This document shows, in pieces, positions 9,047-18,370 of a DNA stretch of 64,000 nt (its first letter is position 1; the number at the start of each line of letters is the position of its first letter). Location of the stretch: the IMG/VR virus record IMGVR_UViG_3300035701_000001; one strand, given 5' to 3'. A program made the translations under genes and the position numbers. The stretch is from a virus. The notes under the pieces are model-generated. The model searched no databases. It was not told the origin of the DNA and saw nothing but the letters and a program-made list of their open reading frames with translations.

Positions 9047-9489
9047 AGCCGGAAGAAATCGACATCCGGATGACTTCCGAGGAGATCGCGACCCGGCGTG
9101 AACGGGCCCAGCGCTATGTCGATGGACGAGAGATCCACCCCTCTCTCTCGTATGTCATCGCGGCGGATGCGGTCCTCCTCTGCAACGAACTGGAAATCGT
9201 CCGCGTCGAGCGCGAGGAAGCAAGGGATCGCGCTGCCCTCCTCAGTGCCATCGTGGGAGGCATCGTGCTCGCGTTCCAGCGTGCTGGATGGACCGAGATC
9301 CCAACCCCCCCCGAACGAGCCGTCGACCTCCTGATTCGACAGCGAGATGAAGCCCATGAAGCGGCCCGATTCCATCGGGAACAGCGGGACGAGGCGATGT
9401 CCGCACTCATCCACGAAGGACACACCGAGCATTGTGCCGCACGACTCGCCTGTGGCGATGGCCAGTGTAAATGCGGGAAAAAGCAATGA
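9043..9489 (+). CDS. hypothetical coiled-coil protein
   Basis: GGAGG RBS; ATGA coupling. Confidence 0.7.
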   Translation: MKPEEIDIRMTSEEIATRRERAQRYVDGREIHPSLSYVIAADAVLLCNELEIVRVEREEARDRAALLSAIVGGIVLAFQRAGWTEIPTPPERAVDLLIRQRDEAHEAARFHREQRDEAMSALIHEGHTEHCAARLACGDGQCKCGKKQ

Positions 9490-10106
9490 CAATCCAAAAG
9501 AAACCACGAGAAATGGCTGTAGAATGCAAAGCCAATGGATGTTATCGGTTTGCCTCCAACACCCCTGAACGAACCGCATGCGAAGGGGACTGCTGGCTTT
9601 CCAAAGGGGAAGAGACGATTGAAACGGAACCGGACCCCGAAAAAATGGACATCGAGAAGGTACGGAAAAAAACGGCGTTTGTACTGGAGATGGCAGAGAT
9701 ACAGGTTTCGAATGGAGTCTCTCCGAACCTGATGTTTTTCCTGCAGCAGATCGCAACGGCCAACCTCGAATTCTGTGAAGAACTGAAGAAAGCCTACGAT
9801 GCTTCGAAAGAAATCGAACGACAAAGCCAGGAACTCCAGGCCCAGTGCAGAGAGATTTCCCAACACCCAGGTCCCCTGGATACTCCCGAGATGAGGAAGA
9901 AAATCGCTCGGACGACACGCCTGTACGAGGAGTTCCTGCAAAAATACGAGATCCTGGAAGGCATGATCTCGGAGAAGTCGATGACTCGGATCAGCAAGAT
10001 CAACTCGGTCTTCCTCGATTTTTTGTCCAAGGGAGTGATTCCTCCGGTTCCGGAACCTCCTGGCAGAAAACCGGATTCCAAGGATGAGCCGGAGAACGTG
10101 TCGTGA
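9486..10106 (+). CDS. hypothetical protein with N-terminal Cys module
   Basis: CKANGCYRFASNTPERTACEGDCWL; module repeated at 17878. Confidence 0.65.
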   Translation: MTIQKKPREMAVECKANGCYRFASNTPERTACEGDCWLSKGEETIETEPDPEKMDIEKVRKKTAFVLEMAEIQVSNGVSPNLMFFLQQIATANLEFCEELKKAYDASKEIERQSQELQAQCREISQHPGPLDTPEMRKKIARTTRLYEEFLQKYEILEGMISEKSMTRISKINSVFLDFLSKGVIPPVPEPPGRKPDSKDEPENVS

Positions 10107-10990
10107 GGAGGTATGGTTCCCCAAAGGCGTTTTCCCCTTGTCAGAGGCTCGTGGAGCCCTGTGCGGGCAGCGCCGCGCTATCCCTGCACTTCCTGGGTGC
10201 AAAACGCTCCCTGATGCCCTACCAGGGCGGGAAATGGCGGGTTCGGCACTCCCTGGCAACCCTCCTGGCTTCGTTCGGTTCCATCCCGGTGACGGACGTC
10301 GTGCTCGCGGATCCCGGTCCCTGGGGGTTGGTGCTATCCACCGTGCTCAACCCGATCTTGCGTGCGGAAGTCGTCCAGAAACTCGTCCAGATGTCCCAGA
10401 AAGATCCCTGGGGTGTCTTCCAGTCCCTGCAGGGAGCCCCGATTCCGAAAGACCCCGTTCTCTTCGCTGCCGAGTTCCTGTTTCTGCAGCGCCTGTCCTT
10501 CAGCGGAAAGGCCGTGGGACTCTACAGAGACGAGACGTGGTCTTCTCCTGGGTTCAACGCGTCGAGTGCATATGGGCTGAAAGGGACGATCAAGTTCGGA
10601 GAGATTCATCCGATGATTCCCTCGCTTGTCCGTGTACTCCAGTCCTACGACCGAGACCTGGTCCTTCCCCATTTTCTGCAGGTGCTGCACGAGGCAAACC
10701 ACTTCGATGAGACCCTCGGCAAGGACACGGTTGTCTACCTTGATCCCCCCTACGAGCACTCGACGCCCTACCCGAACGGGTCCATGACGCACGCCGAGGT
10801 CGTTGATCTGGCCACCCGCTGGCAGTCGACCGGAGCCAGCGTAGTCGTCTCGGAGTCGAAGCCCCTCCAGGAACTGGTCGATCAGGGGTGGAAGACCCTG
10901 CGACTGCATACCGGTCGAACGGACACCTCGCCGTTCAAGGGCAAGCACGAGGAATGGGTCACCTACTTCCCCCCAAAATCAAAATCCTGA
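10103..10990 (+). CDS. Dam-like (D12 class) DNA N6-adenine methyltransferase
   Basis: EPCAGSAA (motif I), PYQGGK (motif X), VYLDPPY (motif IV); start codon uncertain. Confidence 0.85.
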   Translation: MRRYGSPKAFSPCQRLVEPCAGSAALSLHFLGAKRSLMPYQGGKWRVRHSLATLLASFGSIPVTDVVLADPGPWGLVLSTVLNPILRAEVVQKLVQMSQKDPWGVFQSLQGAPIPKDPVLFAAEFLFLQRLSFSGKAVGLYRDETWSSPGFNASSAYGLKGTIKFGEIHPMIPSLVRVLQSYDRDLVLPHFLQVLHEANHFDETLGKDTVVYLDPPYEHSTPYPNGSMTHAEVVDLATRWQSTGASVVVSESKPLQELVDQGWKTLRLHTGRTDTSPFKGKHEEWVTYFPPKSKS

Positions 10991-11003
10991 TGGAGAGCCG
11001 ACA

Positions 11004-11240
11004 ATGGAGTCTTCAGACCACAGGCATATCGACGATCTTCCCCCCGAAATCCTCCAGATCGTCCGGGACTACCAGCAGATCCGCAACCTGCTCAACGACG
11101 ATACCTGCCTCATCGGTACGAACACGCCCGTCGCGTACCGCCTGCTCATCTTCCTGCAGTGGCTGGAACTGCGGGGTCCGAAGCTCGCGAAGCTCATGGA
11201 GGAGGAGTGGAGGAGGTACCGGGGGGATCAGAAGATCTGA
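11004..11240 (+). CDS. hypothetical protein
   Basis: GGAG RBS. Confidence 0.6.
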   Translation: MESSDHRHIDDLPPEILQIVRDYQQIRNLLNDDTCLIGTNTPVAYRLLIFLQWLELRGPKLAKLMEEEWRRYRGDQKI

Positions 11241-11282
11241 AAAGAATGAAAGAACTGTAAAAAACGAAGGAAATCCCAATTC

Positions 11283-11495
11283 ATGTCCGATTCCATCTGT
11301 GCCATCACGGTTGTGCTCGACCACGATCACCGCCCCGAGGAAATCCAGGGGCTCACACAGGCCCTCCTGCAGTTGCGGGGGGTTGCAAGTGTCGAAGTGC
11401 GTCCAACCGACAACCTCGCCGCCATGACGGAGCGCATCCGCTCGGATACCCGCTGGCGGGAAGCCCTGTTCAAGCTCATGACCGAAATGATCTAG
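11283..11495 (+). CDS. conserved phage hypothetical protein
   Basis: TVVLDHDHRPEE..LTQALLQLRGVASV; AAGGA RBS. Confidence 0.65.
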   Translation: MSDSICAITVVLDHDHRPEEIQGLTQALLQLRGVASVEVRPTDNLAAMTERIRSDTRWREALFKLMTEMI

Positions 11496-11504
11496 GAGGA
11501 ACCC

Positions 11505-12089
11505 ATGGAACCAATCTTGTTCGACATTGCACTCAAAATGGTGAAAGCAGGTTTGCCAAGCGTTTTCGTTCAACGTATCTACGATCTCGCCAAGGAAAGC
11601 GAAGGGGTTTCCGATTTCATGCACCTGTGGTTGCAAGCACCGGACGAGGCAGAACGCGAGTCGTGTGTGAATGCGATGCGGGAAGCGGTTGCAGACCGAC
11701 TGATCGCCCAAATCAACTCCAAGCACGAGCCAGTGGGGCTCGACGGACCGCTCAACCGGATGGCCGCCGAGGTGCACCAGACCGCTGTCGAACATGGATG
11801 GTGGGAGGGAGGAGAGAGAAGCCTGGGGGATCAATTCGCCAATTTCCACTGTGAGCTTTCGGAGGCCTGGGAGGAGTACCGCGACGGACATCCGCTCACC
11901 GAGATCCGGATTCACATCGACCCCAAGAAGGGAGAAGGGCCGGTGGGATTCCCCATCGAACTGGCGGATCTGTTGATCCGCGTCTTCGATACGGCAGCGG
12001 CGTACCACATCGATCTCGACCTCGCGTTTTGTACGAAGGCGGCCTACAACAAGACAAGGCCCTATCGTCATGGCGGAAAGAAGGCATAG
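11505..12089 (+). CDS. MazG-like NTP pyrophosphatase with N-terminal extension
   Basis: HCELSEAWEEYR...IELADLLIRVFD...KAAYNKTRPYRHGGK. Confidence 0.85.
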   Translation: MEPILFDIALKMVKAGLPSVFVQRIYDLAKESEGVSDFMHLWLQAPDEAERESCVNAMREAVADRLIAQINSKHEPVGLDGPLNRMAAEVHQTAVEHGWWEGGERSLGDQFANFHCELSEAWEEYRDGHPLTEIRIHIDPKKGEGPVGFPIELADLLIRVFDTAAAYHIDLDLAFCTKAAYNKTRPYRHGGKKA

Positions 12090-12126
12090 AACCTGTATTT
12101 CCTTGGTTTTTTCTGAGGGTTTCCCT

Positions 12127-12621
12127 ATGAACAACGTCATGATCCCGGCCTGCGACCCGGCACTCCAGCGCGCGTTTAACTGGACGGACCAGCGGGTCCA
12201 TGCTCGATACGACCTTCGCCTGGACTGGAAGCGGGTGAAGAAGGGAACCTGGGGGCGACTGAAAGACGCTCTCAAAGCCATCGACCGAGATCTCTACGAC
12301 GATTGGGACACGCTCTACTATGATGGGTACCGAGTCCGTTGGCGCCATCCACACGGCACGTTGCGCGACGTGTTCGCTGTGCTTCGGAGGAATGGAATTG
12401 AGGAGGTGCGTGGCTACTGTCTCCCATCCGGCTGGAACTGCGGCTGTATGCAGGAAGCAAAGGAGGCGGGGGCAGCACTCGATCTGGGTAGTCCTGACCC
12501 GCGTGTCCAGCCGGACTACCCCCACTGCATGTTCAAGCTGGGAGACGGAGCAGCCTGCGATGCCCAACCCGGAGAGAATGACTGGTTCGTGTGGAAGGCA
12601 GGACAGGAGGAGGTGAGGTGA
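12127..12621 (+). CDS. hypothetical protein
   Basis: GAGG RBS; Cys-containing C-terminus. Confidence 0.6.
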   Translation: MNNVMIPACDPALQRAFNWTDQRVHARYDLRLDWKRVKKGTWGRLKDALKAIDRDLYDDWDTLYYDGYRVRWRHPHGTLRDVFAVLRRNGIEEVRGYCLPSGWNCGCMQEAKEAGAALDLGSPDPRVQPDYPHCMFKLGDGAACDAQPGENDWFVWKAGQEEVR

Positions 12622-12977
12622 TGGCGGATTTCGAATGTGTCAGGAAAGAAGGTATGAACCTTGTCATCTGGTGGACGTCCAATGCCGAGGCAGATCTCAT
12701 CGGAGAAGACCCGGAGACAGTGAAGGGCTTTCCCCTGTACCTACGGGATCAGTTCCAGAGCCGACTCGGCCGCAACGGCCGGGGCCGACTCTGGATTCCC
12801 CCGCAATTCAGCCAGGAAATCAAGGGGATACCCTGGCCCGAAGGCAAAGACGAAACCCCTCTCGTCCGGTACTGTGCCAAGGCAGCAGGCATCGTCCTCG
12901 ACGTGCACGATGTCCCAGTCCTGCTAGGGTTTCCAGGTGTCGTGACGGACCTTTCCCTCCATCAGTGGCTACCCTGA
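12621..12977 (+). CDS. hypothetical protein
   Basis: TGATG coupling, GAGGTG RBS. Confidence 0.65.
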   Translation: MADFECVRKEGMNLVIWWTSNAEADLIGEDPETVKGFPLYLRDQFQSRLGRNGRGRLWIPPQFSQEIKGIPWPEGKDETPLVRYCAKAAGIVLDVHDVPVLLGFPGVVTDLSLHQWLP

Positions 12978-13032
12978 CCTCACCGATGGGAAAGTACGGG
13001 TTCGACAGGGTCGATGGACAAAGGAATTTTGG

Positions 13033-13320
13033 ATGGATTGGCTCATTTCGTTCTTTCTCGTTCCCGTGGTCCTCACGTTCCTGGTCCTCTATGGCTGGGC
13101 CTTCATCCAACTGGGGTTGCCCCTGTTCGCCTGGATGGGTCGTACCTGGAGTCGGCTTGTCGCTCCGATCACCCATGTCCTGGAGTACGGGGTGCAGACC
13201 CGGAGAGAAAAGGCAGTCGTCTGGACCCTCCTCGTAGTATCCCTTGCCTTGGTTTGGTTCTGCATGGCCTCGGGCATCCACGCTTCTCTCTACGAGCCCC
13301 CGGCGACAGTCCCTCCATGA
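13033..13320 (+). CDS. small membrane protein (2 TM)
   Basis: Two hydrophobic stretches; AAGGA RBS. Confidence 0.65.
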   Translation: MDWLISFFLVPVVLTFLVLYGWAFIQLGLPLFAWMGRTWSRLVAPITHVLEYGVQTRREKAVVWTLLVVSLALVWFCMASGIHASLYEPPATVPP

Positions 13321-13334
13321 ACGGAGGAATCAGT

Positions 13335-13363
13335 TTGACACAACCTGTATCATAAGATAGAAG
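13335..13363 (+). promoter_or_regulatory. promoter/operator copy P2
   Basis: TTGACA-17bp-TAGAAG; TGACAC-AACCT-GTATCA (1 mismatch); ATG lies 5 nt after the -10, so the mRNA may be leaderless. Confidence 0.75.
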
Positions 13364-13368
13364 AGACC

Positions 13369-13869
13369 ATGGCACTCTCCCTCCTCGACATCACGGACAC
13401 CTCGACGTTTTCCATCTACCTGCTCGTCGCGACGTCCTTTGGCGTCATCGGGGGGGCCATCCTGTTTTTCTCTGTCGTCTTCGCAGGGATGTCCTCGTCC
13501 TTCCATGACTCGGATCGGAGGATTTTCTGGTCCCAGGTACGGTGGGGAGTTGGAACGCTCCTCATGGGGGTCTTCTGGCCTCTGCTCCCGCTTGTTCCCC
13601 TCTACTGGATTCTTCGAGGCTTCCTGCGTATCTCCGGAGTGAGCCCAACGATCGGAACCTGGTGGTACCACCGTCAATTCCAGGCGGAGAAGAGGAAGGA
13701 ACAGCAACAGCGGGAACACCAGGAGCGACAGCGGCAGGAACGGCTGGAACGGAAACGCAAGGAGATCCGGATGGACGGAGCCCTGTCTCTCCCCCAGGAA
13801 GAACAGGGAATGTTGAGCCTGTGTGACGGGAAAAGACCGACAAAAACAAGCCTCTTGGCAGAGGGGTAG
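13369..13869 (+). CDS. membrane protein with charged coiled-coil tail
   Basis: Two TM segments then EQQQREHQERQRQERLER. Confidence 0.7.
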   Translation: MALSLLDITDTSTFSIYLLVATSFGVIGGAILFFSVVFAGMSSSFHDSDRRIFWSQVRWGVGTLLMGVFWPLLPLVPLYWILRGFLRISGVSPTIGTWWYHRQFQAEKRKEQQQREHQERQRQERLERKRKEIRMDGALSLPQEEQGMLSLCDGKRPTKTSLLAEG

Positions 13870-13873
13870 GTAG

Positions 13874-14050
13874 ATGGTCGACATCGTGGGAATGCGGGCC
13901 TGGTGTGACAGCGTGGAAGAGATATTCCAGCCACGAGAGAGATTGCCAAAGGGGGAGATACCCCGGCAAATCCCGGAGACATTCCTGGCTGCAACCCTCC
14001 GCTTTCTCCGCTGCTGCTGTGACGAGATGGAAAAGGAAAAAAGGTCATGA
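13874..14050 (+). CDS. small hypothetical protein
   Basis: 58 aa, fills gap, ATGA coupling downstream. Confidence 0.5.
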   Translation: MVDIVGMRAWCDSVEEIFQPRERLPKGEIPRQIPETFLAATLRFLRCCCDEMEKEKRS

Positions 14051-14415
14051 GCTTCGTACCCGATCCAGAAGAAGTCGACGCTGCAGTTCTCCGAGGTGAC
14101 GTTCAGTGGCTCAAAGATGCTTTTGAGACCGCCAACGAAGAACGGACGAGCCTGATGCACGAGTTGAGTCGGATGCGCCACGACCCAAAAGCACAGGCAG
14201 CCCATCTGCCTCCGATACCGGTCCTCCTCCGGTATGCCGATGGATCGACCGTCGAGCGCCGAATTGTCCCAGAACACACCTGGTACGGAATTCCAGGGGG
14301 AAATCCACTGGAATGGCAGGGGGAATGCCAGTGGGCCCTCTATGCATGGGACGTGGATCGAAAGGAATATGTTCACCTTTTACTGAAGTGTATGTTGATG
14401 ACCCCGGACCGTTGA
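14047..14415 (+). CDS. hypothetical protein, C-terminal WYL-like segment
   Basis: LRYADGSTVERRIVP...W.LYAWDVDRKE resembles the WYL SH3-like core. Confidence 0.55.
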   Translation: MSFVPDPEEVDAAVLRGDVQWLKDAFETANEERTSLMHELSRMRHDPKAQAAHLPPIPVLLRYADGSTVERRIVPEHTWYGIPGGNPLEWQGECQWALYAWDVDRKEYVHLLLKCMLMTPDR

Positions 14416-14447
14416 CCTATGAGACCGAGCTTCAGAAGGAACAAATC

Positions 14448-14636
14448 ATGAAAATTTACCAACGAGTCGAAGTTGTGAAGACAGGCAATGTCCCGATAGA
14501 CACCGTACTTCCAAGCGGAGACCCCTACGGAAAGTTGATCGGGATGCGGGGCGTTGTCGTGGGACTGAGCAAAGACTGCAACGGTGGGTGGATTGTTCAG
14601 TTTGATCATGGCAATGTCTATACGCTGTACGACTAG
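14448..14636 (+). CDS. small SH3-like hypothetical protein
   Basis: AAGGA RBS; GMRGVVVG...WIVQFD. Confidence 0.55.
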   Translation: MKIYQRVEVVKTGNVPIDTVLPSGDPYGKLIGMRGVVVGLSKDCNGGWIVQFDHGNVYTLYD

Positions 14637-14642
14637 CATCTC

Positions 14643-15029
14643 ATGGCAATCGAGGAGGAAAAGGCTTCGATTCCACCTGATAAGAAACGGAAGCCCGTCG
14701 GCTACGTCAACATCGAATCGGGTTCCCTGGCCATCTTGGATCAACGGGCAGTGGGTCTGTGTGCCCGGAGCCATGCCACAGATGTCTCCCCGCTCATGGA
14801 TGGGGAAGTGAACATCGGAAAACACCTCTACTACGCAGGAACTCGCACGCATATACCGATGGCGGTCCTGCTCTTCGAGGCCCTCGGAGGAGATGGCTGC
14901 TTCCCTGTCTACGTCGAGCGGAGAGAAGACGAGTTCGGGCACGTCATCCACCGAATCCTCATCGAGGTCGAGCACGGCCCCAAGGACGAGGATGAGTGGC
15001 AAAAGCGTGTGAAGGGAGAGATTCCATGA
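14643..15029 (+). CDS. hypothetical protein (DUF4241-like motifs)
   Basis: ESGSLAILD...GGDGCFPVYV...ILIE. Confidence 0.55.
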   Translation: MAIEEEKASIPPDKKRKPVGYVNIESGSLAILDQRAVGLCARSHATDVSPLMDGEVNIGKHLYYAGTRTHIPMAVLLFEALGGDGCFPVYVERREDEFGHVIHRILIEVEHGPKDEDEWQKRVKGEIP

Positions 15030-15307
15030 ACGGGTATGAGCCCTGGACCTACGACGAGCGCCAGCGGTGGTGGACGGCCCTGTACGGCGGCCTGCCCGCC
15101 GCAGTTGTATGGATGGAGGCGTTCCAGCATTGGACCGTCGGGTTCAACGGCAAACCCTTGACCTCCTTCTACACCGACAAGGATGACGAACCGATTGCCG
15201 ATCGGACTCACTTCGAGGATCCCATCGAGGCCATCGTTGCCGTCAACCGGGTCGTCTCGGCACTCGGATTCGAGACCCTTCCCGTTCCCAAGAAAGAAGG
15301 TTTGTGA
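15026..15307 (+). CDS. hypothetical protein
   Basis: ATGA coupling. Confidence 0.6.
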   Translation: MNGYEPWTYDERQRWWTALYGGLPAAVVWMEAFQHWTVGFNGKPLTSFYTDKDDEPIADRTHFEDPIEAIVAVNRVVSALGFETLPVPKKEGL

Positions 15308-16185
15308 TGGGCCTCTACGATGTGGACTACCCACTGCCTGACTTGAGCGATCCCCCTTCTGACCGGAAGGAAATGGTGCGGCAGATCATGGAGGAGGGGC
15401 TCTTCCAACCGGTCGATTTCACCTCCTGGATCTGGGAGCGGACGCTATTGACTGGCGATCCCCAGTGGTTCCTGGAGACCTCTCCGCTCCCCGACCTCCC
15501 CCTCTCCGCGATCCTCCTCGTCGCGGAGTCCGCCGTGAACGCGGAAACGGACCCCGAGAAGGCACTCGTTCTGCTCTGGCGCTACCGGGGAAGGAAAAAA
15601 GAGACGATGCGCGCCCTTGAAAAAATCGAAAAGGGTTTCGGACCCAGTACCCCATTGCAGGAGGGGAAGAGCCGGACCTCCACCGAAATTGTCCGCCTCA
15701 CCCGTCGCTGTGACGATCTCATGGGCTGGCTCGACCGTGCGCTGCAGGCCCTCGATGCGATCCACCGGGCCCATACATCGGGCGGATGCTGTGATCCGGC
15801 CTGTGCCTGCTGCCTCGAAGAAGACGAGGACTGCGACTGCGGATACTGCGATGCTTCCGAAGATGTGGCAGCCTACGCAGGCAATGTCCGTGAAACCCTT
15901 CTGCACGAGAGGTTGCAGGAACCCCGGAAGCTCACCTGGGTCTGGACCGATGGGACCTGTGGTTCCCAGGCCGACAACGGGGTCCGTGTCAAAGGTAAGG
16001 ACACGAAAGGATGGTCCGTCCTGTACGGGAACTGTCTGATCGTCGCCTTCGCGACGACCCGTACAGCCGCCAAGCTCTGTGCGGAGGAGATGGGGTTCAA
16101 AGAAATTTGGAAGAAATCACGGGAACTGGAACACAACCCCCTCGGGGACTTGTGCCATGGGTTCGGACAGGACGACGAGGAGTGA
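15307..16185 (+). CDS. hypothetical protein, Cys-rich middle
   Basis: TGATG coupling; CCDPACACC...CDCGYC. Confidence 0.65.
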   Translation: MGLYDVDYPLPDLSDPPSDRKEMVRQIMEEGLFQPVDFTSWIWERTLLTGDPQWFLETSPLPDLPLSAILLVAESAVNAETDPEKALVLLWRYRGRKKETMRALEKIEKGFGPSTPLQEGKSRTSTEIVRLTRRCDDLMGWLDRALQALDAIHRAHTSGGCCDPACACCLEEDEDCDCGYCDASEDVAAYAGNVRETLLHERLQEPRKLTWVWTDGTCGSQADNGVRVKGKDTKGWSVLYGNCLIVAFATTRTAAKLCAEEMGFKEIWKKSRELEHNPLGDLCHGFGQDDEE

Positions 16186-16227
16186 TCCTGTCCCTTTTCA
16201 CAGCAACATTTTCCTGCGAGGTTCTCC

Positions 16228-16491
16228 ATGCAAAAACGGCCTGACATCGAAGCGTTCCAGAAAACGATGTACCGTTCGAACGAACTGTTCCCCCACACGA
16301 AGATCACCAAGGACATCTTGGAGATCCTCGCCTACCTGAAGTCTGTGGAACAACAACGCGATGAAGCCCTGATCGCCGTGCGAGAGGATGGATGCCAGGG
16401 CTATCCTCATGTCTGCGAAGAATGCACGTACAACAACCCTTGCAAGCAGCGAAATGTCCTGGCTGCCGAAGACGAGAGGAACAAGCCATGA
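16228..16491 (+). CDS. hypothetical protein
   Basis: GAGG RBS; CEEC..NPC. Confidence 0.6.
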   Translation: MQKRPDIEAFQKTMYRSNELFPHTKITKDILEILAYLKSVEQQRDEALIAVREDGCQGYPHVCEECTYNNPCKQRNVLAAEDERNKP

Positions 16492-17105
16492 ACGGACCGG
16501 AAGCCGATACCCTCGTCGGGCTGGAGAAGCTGTTCGAAAGGGTAGAACGAGAGCGCGACGATGCCTTGGCCATCGTGGCGGAGTACAAAGCCGCACGAGA
16601 GGATGCACTCAACCTCCGTGAGGAAGCCCGTCGGGAACGCGATGATCTCCAGGCAAAGCTCACGGAGATATCCGGACTTTTCCGTTCCGAGGGGGCTCTC
16701 CGTATCCTGGAAGAACGGAATCGCCAGGTGACTGCCGAGGGCTGGACCCCAGAACATGACGACGGACATGTCCACGGAGAACTCGCCATCCGTGCCGCCG
16801 AACTGGCGGTGGACGGTACGGATGCCTGGGTAGACGACCCGAACTGTGACAAGGATCCCTGGGGACTTGTCCAGAAACACGGTCACTGCAGTAAAAACGG
16901 AGATCGCAAGCGGGCACTTGCCATTGCAGGGGCACTGCTGGCGGCGGAACTGGACCGCGTTCTTCGCAAAAATATCCATGCAAAAGCCGAGTTCCTCCAC
17001 GAGGAGTACGGTGTGCCCGTGGAACATGCTGTCGGGATGCTCACGGGGAAGAAGCCCATCGGTACTTCCGATGAAGAGAGCGGATCGGGGGAAACCTCCC
17101 GATGA
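16488..17105 (+). CDS. coiled coil + widespread phage ERxRQ..EGWTPEHDD domain
   Basis: EERNRQVTAEGWTPEHDDGHVHGELA...LAIAGALLAAELDR. Confidence 0.75.
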   Translation: MNGPEADTLVGLEKLFERVERERDDALAIVAEYKAAREDALNLREEARRERDDLQAKLTEISGLFRSEGALRILEERNRQVTAEGWTPEHDDGHVHGELAIRAAELAVDGTDAWVDDPNCDKDPWGLVQKHGHCSKNGDRKRALAIAGALLAAELDRVLRKNIHAKAEFLHEEYGVPVEHAVGMLTGKKPIGTSDEESGSGETSR

Positions 17106-17494
17106 CTCGTTTTTTCTGGATGGCGGGCTTCCTGACCCTGTGGCTACTGATTCCACAGGTCTGGACCCTGGGATTCGAAGCAGTGTGGTTGTGGCGTATC
17201 TACAAGAAGAACGGGAGGAAAGCGTTCTGGTCCGCCCTGGATGCCTTCCTGCACTATTTGGACAACTACCGGCAGGACTTCGGACTGACCGCTGCACGGC
17301 TCGTCGAGCAGGGCCAGATCGTTCGGCCCGCAACGTTTCTTCCCGATATCACCCCCCTTCACATGCTCCTCTGGCCCCTATACTGGCCCTACGATGTCGC
17401 AACGATTCGCTTCGTCCAGACCGTCTTGCTCGTTGTGCTGGACGAAAATTCTCGAAACAATGAAAACACTCCAACCCATGGAAAATATCCATGA
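17102..17494 (+). CDS. membrane-associated hypothetical protein
   Basis: ATGA coupling; hydrophobic segments. Confidence 0.55.
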   Translation: MTRFFWMAGFLTLWLLIPQVWTLGFEAVWLWRIYKKNGRKAFWSALDAFLHYLDNYRQDFGLTAARLVEQGQIVRPATFLPDITPLHMLLWPLYWPYDVATIRFVQTVLLVVLDENSRNNENTPTHGKYP

Positions 17495-17874
17495 GAACGA
17501 TCACGACACACCACGATAGACACGGGATCAACGACGAGACCGTCATCGAGGTCGATGACAAGGATCCGAACGCGGGGGGAGCCAGCCATCACTACGAGTT
17601 GTCCCGTCCTGTTCCTGGGTGGGGAACCACCAAGACCCACGCTCTCATCGACTTCCAGCATGGTCCCCGCCTGGACTTGAACAGCACTCCCGGCATCCTC
17701 GATGGGGCCATCCTCGCCGTCCTCATCGACCGCTACGAGTGCTTCCAGGCAGGCCCGTTCGCCTGCCGGGAGAACGCCCTCATCCTCACGAAGCTCCAGG
17801 AGGCGATGCACTGGATGAAGCATCGGGCCGATGAGCGCGCCCAGCGCAACGTGCTTGGCAAAAACGAGAAGTAA
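17491..17874 (+). CDS. tad1: Tad1-family (Acb2/Tad1 fold) anti-defence sponge protein
   Basis: GGASHHYEL...IDFQHGPR...GILD..IL..LIDR...FQAGPFACREN...LTKLQEAMHWM..RA.ER..RNVLGKN matches Tad1 as I recall it, along the whole length. Confidence 0.88.
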   Translation: MRTITTHHDRHGINDETVIEVDDKDPNAGGASHHYELSRPVPGWGTTKTHALIDFQHGPRLDLNSTPGILDGAILAVLIDRYECFQAGPFACRENALILTKLQEAMHWMKHRADERAQRNVLGKNEK

Positions 17875-17877
17875 GAC

Positions 17878-18063
17878 ATGAACCCGATCTGTGAAAAAAG
17901 CGGCTGTTTCCTGTTCTCCGATGGCACCCCCGAGCGGAAGGAATGCGAGGGCAACTGTTAACTCGAAGGACACGTATATCCGGTTCTTTTGCCCGAATCT
18001 CTCTGCTTCTTTCCGAATCTACTCCGCGAAGACGTTTCACTCGATATACCCAAGGAGAAGGTA
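17878..18063 (+). pseudogene. Cys-module gene with in-frame TAA at 17959-17961
   Basis: CEKSGCFLFSDGTPERKECEGNC*L aligns to CKANGCYRFASNTPERTACEGDCWL of 9486; the frame stays open into 18064. Confidence 0.55.
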
Positions 18064-18297
18064 ATGAAGATCACCTCTCAAGACAAGATCTCCAATCTCA
18101 TCGCAGTCAAAGACAACAAGATCCTTGGCTATCTACTGGAAATCGATCTGCGTACGTTCCATTATGTTCAACAAATTCCTACCGAAGGAAAAACCATGGA
18201 AGAGGCAGAGATCCGGAGAGGAGTCGCAGACTTTGTTCTCATTGGAGATCGGAAAAAGGCCAACAAGTTTTTCTTGAAGCATTTCAAGGAAAAATGA
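18064..18297 (+). CDS. hypothetical protein (AT-rich)
   Basis: AAGGAG RBS 6 nt upstream. Confidence 0.6.
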   Translation: MKITSQDKISNLIAVKDNKILGYLLEIDLRTFHYVQQIPTEGKTMEEAEIRRGVADFVLIGDRKKANKFFLKHFKEK

Positions 18298-18370
18298 GGA
18301 TGAACTCAATATATTCTCTTAGAGTACCGATGTTGGAAAACAAGTTATCCACATACCAAAGGACAAGTCA

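Noticed and set aside
12988-13010. tmRNA-5'-end-like GGGAAAGTACGGGTTCGACAGGG
   Set aside because: There is no matching 3' T-arm/CCA about 350 nt downstream, and the region is occupied by a membrane-protein ORF.
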